From Callorhinchus milii (Eukaryota): 64,000 bases of DNA. Made by a program: the position numbers and the translations under genes. The notes under the pieces are model-generated. The model was not told where the DNA came from and made no database searches. It saw only the letters and a list, made by a program, of their open reading frames with translations. Below are positions 57,301 to 64,000 of the stretch, piece by piece (positions within the stretch are counted from its first letter, which is position 1; every line of letters starts with the position of its first letter). The stretch spans positions 10,726,001 through 10,790,000 of the forward strand of contig NW_024704757.1 in assembly GCF_018977255.1 (NCBI RefSeq), read 5' to 3'.

Positions 57301-60300
57301 GTTCGGGGTTGGACATGTAGCTGTGCTTATAGAGCACATCCAGTGTGAGACTGGCAGAGTCAGCCACTGCACTCAGACTTCCTCCTGCCACCGGCAACAA
57401 TCACATAATGGTAAATGAATCACTGAGAGCAATCTAAGAACACAAAGCTGAACCATATCTGAAATATATAAGTAAACGTTTTAAAGGGTAACATTCAGAT
57501 GAAGATGTAGATAGATTATAAATGTCCAGAATCACACTTGATGGGTCAGTTATAGGAAAGACCTAATCTGAGGTTGAATTATTTCTGAAGGATGTTGTGC
57601 TTCAAAACATATCATTGAGCTTCCAGCGTTGTCGTGTTTTAAAATGCCTTTAAATAGATATGGAAATCCATCACCATGCTTAAAAGTATCCAAACCAAAC
57701 AGAGCTCCATGCATTCCAATTACATATGGAAATTCCTGTATATTGGAATAGAATGCTCTCTTCCCAGAGGGACATACCCTACTTATCTATTAGGGATGCT
57801 AGAGTGTGGATTGGGGTACTGCTGATTTTTAACCAGCTAAAACCACATAGCTTATCTTTGAAAGCCCTGTCTGGCAAGCCTCCTGCTGTTTGTCCAGCTT
57901 GAACCATCTTATCTGTTAGGCTATTTTAAGTTATGATTTGAAAAAGATATTTACCTGGCTACTGGAAAGTCCTTACCTAGTCCCTGCAGAATGTGGTCAG
58001 TGTAAGGCACCACATGAAAACACAATCCAATATCAAATTCAGTGATGTGGGGAAGTCTGCTCTGTACACTTCCAATCAAGCCCTGTTCAGACAGTTCATT
58101 CATTAATCCTGCAGAAGAATAGTAACCCAGACATTGTGAAACGACTCCTGACTGAAATTGTAGAAACACAGGGATGGCAATAACTACAAAGGTCAACACA
58201 AAGAGGCAAAGAAAAAGCCATATCGGTTAATCATTTCAACGCTGTACCTTTCAGTAAACTGGGAACATGATGACAAACATTCTCTTTTCTCAGCAGCATT
58301 AAAAAACAGTGACTAGGCAACTCATCAACAGCAGAGCCTTGTGAAGTTAAGGATCCATTGCTGGATGTTCGACAAAACACTGAGATCTGCAAGTTAACAG
58401 AAATATATTGATAACAATATCGCTTTTTAAAAGTAGATTGCAGTTACTTTTCATTGCTCTACATACAGCCTTCCACTAGTACTGGCAAAATGTCACAATT
58501 TTTGAAACTCATTGAGAAACAATTTGATAAGACTAACAGCAAACATGCTCCCAACTAAAATCCATGCTTTACCAATCGTTTCCTACCTCAGCGCCTTGGG
58601 ACGTGCTCCCGACGTGAAGGGCGCTCAATAAATGGAATGTTGTTGTTGTACCTGCTTACTCCCGATGCCGAGACTGTTGGCTCGCTTTGGAGTCAGACGC
58701 AAACGTCGCACACCTTGCAGACTGAATCCCCGTCTGGTACAGACTGACAGGATATCACCACAGCAATTCAGAGGCACAGCAGGCGATACCAGCAGCAGTA
58801 GGTCAGCTAGGAAATAGAAAAAGAAACAAACAAATTACATCAAAAATAACTATATAGTGAAATCCTGTTGATTGTGGCCTTCAGGTTGCTGATTTCTTGG
58901 CAGAAAGCACCAGTTACAGTAGAGTAAGTTTAACCTGATACCATGCATTCTGAATCACATTTCAAACGGGATGCTTGTTCCTTTAGTATATTTAACCTTT
59001 GCCAACTTAATCCATAGTTCTTTAGATTAGAGTGGACAGCTCTGCTCAGTGATAAAACCATCAAGTCCCATTCCCTTATCACTTGTATCAATTCAGGTAG
59101 TGTCTCCAACTTGAACTTTTGAAAGATTTGTTCAATGGTTTGCGGTCTAGAATAGGGTAGAAACTTGTTGAGAAAATGCAAAATACTGCAGATGCTGAAA
59201 ATCTGAAAATAGAAACAGAAGTCGCTGGGAACACTCAGCAGGTCAGGCTTTGTCAGAACAGATGCAGTTCTGACGAAGGGTCGTGGACCCGAAACGTTGA
59301 CTCACTTTCCTTTCTCCATAGATGCTGCCTGACCTGCTGAGTGTTCCCAGCGACTTCTGTTTTTGTGTTCAGAAACTTGTTGAGTCTGTGGAAAGTATGA
59401 AACAGCAAACACAGAATCCAGTTCCCTTGATTTCATCGTTACATTAGGTCGTGACATCTCCGAGCTGACCATCACTGATGACTTCCTCACCTCCATCACC
59501 ACATCTCCCTCCCTTCCACTAAATCTGCCCCACGCTGTTTCTTCTCTCTGTGTTGGGAGTCGCAGAGCATTTACCTTTGATGGTTGCAACAACTGTAGCA
59601 GGAGGTCTGCAGGGTATAATCTGTTGTGCACCCCTATCCTGTCTGGAGTTTGTGTGGGTTCCTGTGGGCTGTGGACTGTTTGATCTGAAAGTAAAGAATT
59701 AAATGATAATAATAATTGGCATGTTTGATATAGCACATTTCACAGCAGGATGGCTCAAAGAGCTTCACAGGATTTACGGTGAAGTGCAGTGACTATGTTT
59801 TTGTAGGAGAACAAAAGTTAGAGTCAGAGAGCTAGAGAAAGAGAGAAAACAGGCTGATACAGTAACAGTATAATTCCTGATGGAAGAATTGCTTGTTTAA
59901 AACTGTGGTCAATTTGTATTTTAGGAGCTGCCACTGCTTTCATATCTAAATGGCTCTCAGCTTTTTACTGTAGTCTCACATCCTTTTATTTTGTTTATCT
60001 TCGAATACGTGTCCTATTCATTTTTAAGTGTTGCCACGGTCAAAGGATTCAGTGTTCTAATGTAGGAAAACATAACATCTAAGAGAAGCTATTTCTGCTA
60101 CCTTCCCTCTCAAGTGACAAACCTAGATTTAATGACCCTTCTTTCCTGATTCTGTGAAAGGTACGATGGATCCTGTTGCTCATATATGAATGGGATAGAC
60201 GCCTGTTTTAGATTTATTTGCATTGGATGAACAAACACGCCCTTCCTGTACAGGGTGCCACATACCTGGATCTGAACCTGGTCCTCCTGACAGGATTCTG

Positions 60301-63190
60301 AATGCCAACTTGCACAATCCCATCTTCAGGAACCCTCCCACCGAACCACACGTACAGCTCCCAGTAGATACGACTCTCCTGGCGCGGGGAGTAAAGGAGT
60401 GGCTCACTACGACTCTTGCAGTACAACGCATTTATGGAATGCCGATCTGTCACACTGGCTACCCCAGGATCAAATGGTCCTACAATGTCCATCCACAATA
60501 CACGGGCATTTGCACCTCTCAGTGCCAATGCCAATACAGGCATTGTTTTTGTATCATCAGAGCAATAAGTAGAAGGCAGTTTACCTAAAGAAACCAAAAT
60601 CCGAATGAGAACACAGAAATGTACGTTAGAGTGCACTTAAAGGGAGTAAAGACGTCTTGAAGACGTGATAAGGCGCTAGATCAAATGCAAGGATTATTAT
60701 TAGTGTGTGAAATGAAGCTTTAGTGGCCACTTCATTGTGTACAGTAGACTTTGTGGGAACACTTCAGTCTGCCATAACAATGCAGCACACGACATTATAA
60801 CAATTAAGCCCATTCAAACAACTTCAATAAGCCTTTAAATGCTCAACTCTTCACCCTCCCACCCAATATAAATAATTACATATAAATGTGCAGCCTTTGC
60901 AAATATACTCCCTGAATGAGATACTTTTCTCTCCTAGCGTAATCACGGAAAATCACCACAGGTGTTTGGTGCTGCAGTTCCCTTACCTGTGCTGTCAGTC
61001 AGGAGGCTATGTGTTGGATACAGCAGTCGAAGACCACAGATATCTATACCATTGCTTAGGATGAGCTGCAGCACGTGGTGAAATGCTATGGGATCACTGA
61101 ACAAGTTCTCAAACACTAGTGCCATGGTAACCTGAGAGTAGAGAAATATTAGAATTAATGCTTCAATCAATCGACTGATACCAAGTTCCACTGTGCATCC
61201 TTAGCTATTGGTAAATCAGTACTTTTTAACAGAATTATTCTATTATAATATTATTCGTTGGATAGGAAAATTCTCTGAGACTGGGTTCTTTCTGATTTGG
61301 AGTATTGTTAATGGGAATTGTCATTGTACTGTTATTGGATTTTTTTTTACCAACACTAGAATTTGCGCCCAGTGGCTCCTATGGCACAGAGATTATGCAC
61401 TTTAATGCTCCTACGTTGGACAACTCTCTCCCTATCACATTATTAATGCCTGAATTATTAGGCCCAGGAAGCGAATGATCACCTTGCCATACCTCAGGAT
61501 TCTCCTTACAATTCTCCCCAATCTCCTCGGCACTGGGGCAGCAGTTTTCCTCGGTCTCCACTGTTTGCCAGTAAAACCCAATCTGAACCTTAAAAACTTT
61601 TTCAACGGCCTGTATAAGAGCCAAAAACTAAGAATGAAATTAAATCCAAACCATAAAGACAAACTTATTCATAATTGATTTGTAGTTTAGTAATAATTCC
61701 TTCAAACCATAATAATAAATTGGTCACTTCAATCCACAATGGTTTGCAGGACACTGCTGTGTGCAATTGACTGTCGCTTTTCGCCCACAAAATATACAGT
61801 CAATACACTTTACAGCATGTTCTGTGAAGTGCTTTGAGATGTTTCAAAGACGTGATAAGGCGTTATATCAAAAGCAAGCATTATTAGTATTATTTATAAT
61901 GATGGACATTTAGCCATCAAATAGGATATACACCAAATAACACTGCTAAATTGTAATAAAGCATTACTCTATATCACAAGTATTCTTTAAAGCTTTCAAT
62001 CCATTAGGTTTTTTTAAAAAAATCCCATATATCACCACTAGCCACAATATATTCAAACACTATCCACTGGCTGACCTTAGTGTCTGGACTGACAGAAATC
62101 ACGGAGCTGAGGCGAGCAGAAGGAAGGCACACGTGCATTGGACACAATTGTTCCGAAAGACGATTGTTCAGCTGTTCACTCCACCAGATCACTGGTTTCA
62201 GACTAGTTTGTGATAGGAATTTCACAACCAGCTGATAAAATGCAGAGGTGCCTCTTAACTCTTCCTTTACCTGAAAATAATCAAAGAGAAGAGGCAAACC
62301 CGGACAGCCAGTCAGCAATCACATAATCAGCCACTTACCTCCGAACCCTCAGGAAACCTCTGGGGGACAATGACATCAATTTACTGCCCACCTTCAAACT
62401 GACTGGATGGATGCATAGGAATTGGCTGGACAATATTGCAGGCAAAGACATTAGAATTCATAGGGTTTCAAAATTACACTGTAGCAGAAAGATACTTCTG
62501 TTGCATTTCATTTCACCTTTAAAGATGTACTGTATTTGCCCTTAGATCTCTCAGTTTCTCAACATCATTAAGAACTTAACAGCACAATACACAGTTAGTA
62601 AGCGAGAGACCTGGGTTCGATTCTCGGGCAAGGCGAAATGTTGGGCAAGTTTCCTTACTCCACACCTCTCTGTTTACCTAGCAGTAAGTAGAAACCGTGT
62701 TGTTAGTCGATTGGTGGATCGCTTTTCCAGGGGTAATAATCCCTTCAAAAAAAAATAATAACAATATATTGGTCACTTCAATCCATGACTGTTTGTGGGA
62801 CACTGCTGTGTGCAATTGGCTGGAACGTTTCGCTCACAAAATATTCAGTCACTGCACTTTACAGTGTGCTCTGTGAGGCGCTTTGAGACGTTTCAATGAC
62901 GTGACAAGGTGCTATATCAAATGCAAGGATTATTATTATCATATTATCAGTATAATACTCGCACGCTAAAGTATTTCATAGTTGAGTAGGGCATCACTGA
63001 CCCTGTTCTTTCGATTCCTGCTGTAGATAGGCTGGACAAAACCCTCACACATTGGTATCACACAGACGTAAAAAGCTAGCCCATCTTCACGCCAGGTCTG
63101 TTGGAGACCCACCACCTGAAATGGTGCGACCACCTCAGCTTCAGAGCAATCTCCATATGATCGATTCACAGAACAGGTAGGAACGGTCAC
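51385..63190 (-). CDS. DNAAF8: Large protein with degenerate nucleoside-diphosphate-kinase-like domains, probably the long non-mammalian form of DNAAF8 (C16orf71/Daap1); partial
   Basis: Phase-consistent GT-AG exons: 63002-63190, 62076-62270, 61493-61609, 60987-61131, 60266-60584, 59575-59684, 58652-58806, 58248-58386, 57977-58108, 57190-57384, 56397-56729, 56037-56102, 55605-55658, 55003-55172 (LTVLVIKP...FYIVGMKL), 54163-54358 ([11 protein letters not shown]...[11 protein letters not shown]), 53563-53657. Then 53197-53316 and 51863-52058 (each one base short) and 51385-51470. The NDK-fold motifs are seen directly; the gene name is inferred. Confidence 0.7.
56128..56250 (-). mobile_element. 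SINE 3' fragment
   Basis: aataataataatccgtgcatttgatatagc...gtctcaaagcgcttcacagaatatacggtaaagtg...gtgggcgaaa. Confidence 0.75.
59173..59370 (+). mobile_element. Short foldback element (Penelope-like terminal repeat derivative) with a 14-bp target-site duplication
   Basis: Direct repeat AGAAACTTGTTGAG at 59159-59172 and 59371-59384; perfect 36-bp inverted arms at 59213-59248 and 59327-59362. Confidence 0.8.
59266..59302 (+). ncRNA. Minimal type I hammerhead ribozyme motif
   Basis: AGTT-CTGACGA-A-GGGTC-gtg-GACCC-GAAAC-GTT-GACT: CUGAnGA and GAAA core boxes, 5-bp stem II, palindromic ACGT stem III, stem I AGTT/GACT with one G-U pair. Confidence 0.65.
61705..61895 (+). mobile_element. SINE copy (body and tail)
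   Basis: ttggtcacttcaatcc...ctgtgtgcaattgac...cgcccacaaaatatacagtcaa...gtgataaggcgttatatcaaa. Confidence 0.8.
62599..62939 (+). mobile_element. Near full-length tRNA-derived SINE lacking the A box
   Basis: aagcgagagacctgggttcgattctc (B box), then body and tail colinear with the 36232-36600 copy. Confidence 0.85.
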
Positions 63191-63319
63191 CTAATCAACC
63201 AAAAAAGAGTTACTTCATAAATACAATCCACTCGTCTTAGTGTGCAACTTAATTTTCTTACAGTATTATTTTTCAAATACAATGACGTAGTTTTATTTCC
63301 CCAGTTTGTTTAGCTTCCA

Positions 63320-63430
63320 GTAACAACGACAACATTACATTTGTAAAGCGCCTTTCACGTCGGGAGGACGTCCCAAGGGTCTAGACAGACAGAGTCACGG
63401 ACCTGAGCTGGGGGTCAGGGGTCGGGGTCG
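63320..63430 (-). mobile_element. L2 3' tail fragment
   Basis: aacaacgacaacattacatttgtaaagcgcctttcacgtcgggaggacgtcccaag; same tail as at 28034 and 30405. Confidence 0.7.
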
Positions 63431-64000
63431 GTATCAAGTTCCAAGGCAATAATTAGTTTAGGCAATTCTGACAGTGCCACGAACTCTGAAGAGTCCAACT
63501 ACAAGGTTATTCTGTACTTATTAAGGTGATGGAACACATTCCCATTTTAGGTACAAAGCATCAATTAGTATGAAGCACTTCCGGATTACGTGAAAAGCAA
63601 AGGTGAATGGAAAAAGCTGTGTGGGGTTGTCAGTGATACCAGCAACAACCTGATAACCTTTAGTCATTCTTTTTAAGCTTTGTTATAATGCAGTCTGAGA
63701 CATTAGAGCCAGACAACTACATTATAGTGTAGTTATACAACACTTGAAAATATTTTTGGTCAGTTTAATAGTTTTCCTTATATCGGGATGTCTGAACGTG
63801 CTCATCAGTGCAGATGTTGGCATGCATGAGAACATGTGAAGGAGCAAAAAGAATGTAAATTCATTCCACAAAAATGTTTTAAATTAAGTCAAGCAGCGGA
63901 TCACTTCAGGATCTTGAGAAAACAAAGTCACTCTGTTCCTAATGGTTAAAAATAACAAATCTAGTGAATCGACAGAGGTATAGACATTTCTAAAAGCAGA

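Overview
Eukaryotic, intron-rich vertebrate DNA. The repeat content (one tRNA-derived SINE family ending in ...GCGCTATATCAAATGCAAGGATTATTATT, L2 and CR1 LINE fragments, a Penelope-type relic) points to a cartilaginous fish, probably a holocephalan; this is inference. Hand-spliced gene order: first coding exon of an SLC25A17-like carrier (-), ANKS4B (+, 2 coding exons), CRYM (-, 8), an unnamed BTB-BACK-Kelch gene (+, 8), SNU13 (-, 3), UQCRC2 (+, 14), PDZD9 (-, 3), a C8orf33/UPF0488 homolog (+, 6, 5' half frame-disrupted), and at least 19 exons of a large NDK-domain gene, probably DNAAF8/C16orf71-type (-, 5' end beyond the window, frameshifts near the 3' end). Most ORFs in the supplied track are spurious or exon fragments. 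The most unusual signals are: a 198-bp foldback element with a 14-bp target-site duplication that carries a hammerhead-ribozyme core (59.2-59.4 kb); a SINE copy rewritten toward GC inside a CpG island; two short templated copies of nearby exon sequence; a PTS1-like tail on CRYM; a 29 x 21-bp E-box minisatellite; a cluster of single-base deletions between 46 and 53 kb; and human 22q13-type genes interleaved with the 16p12 block.
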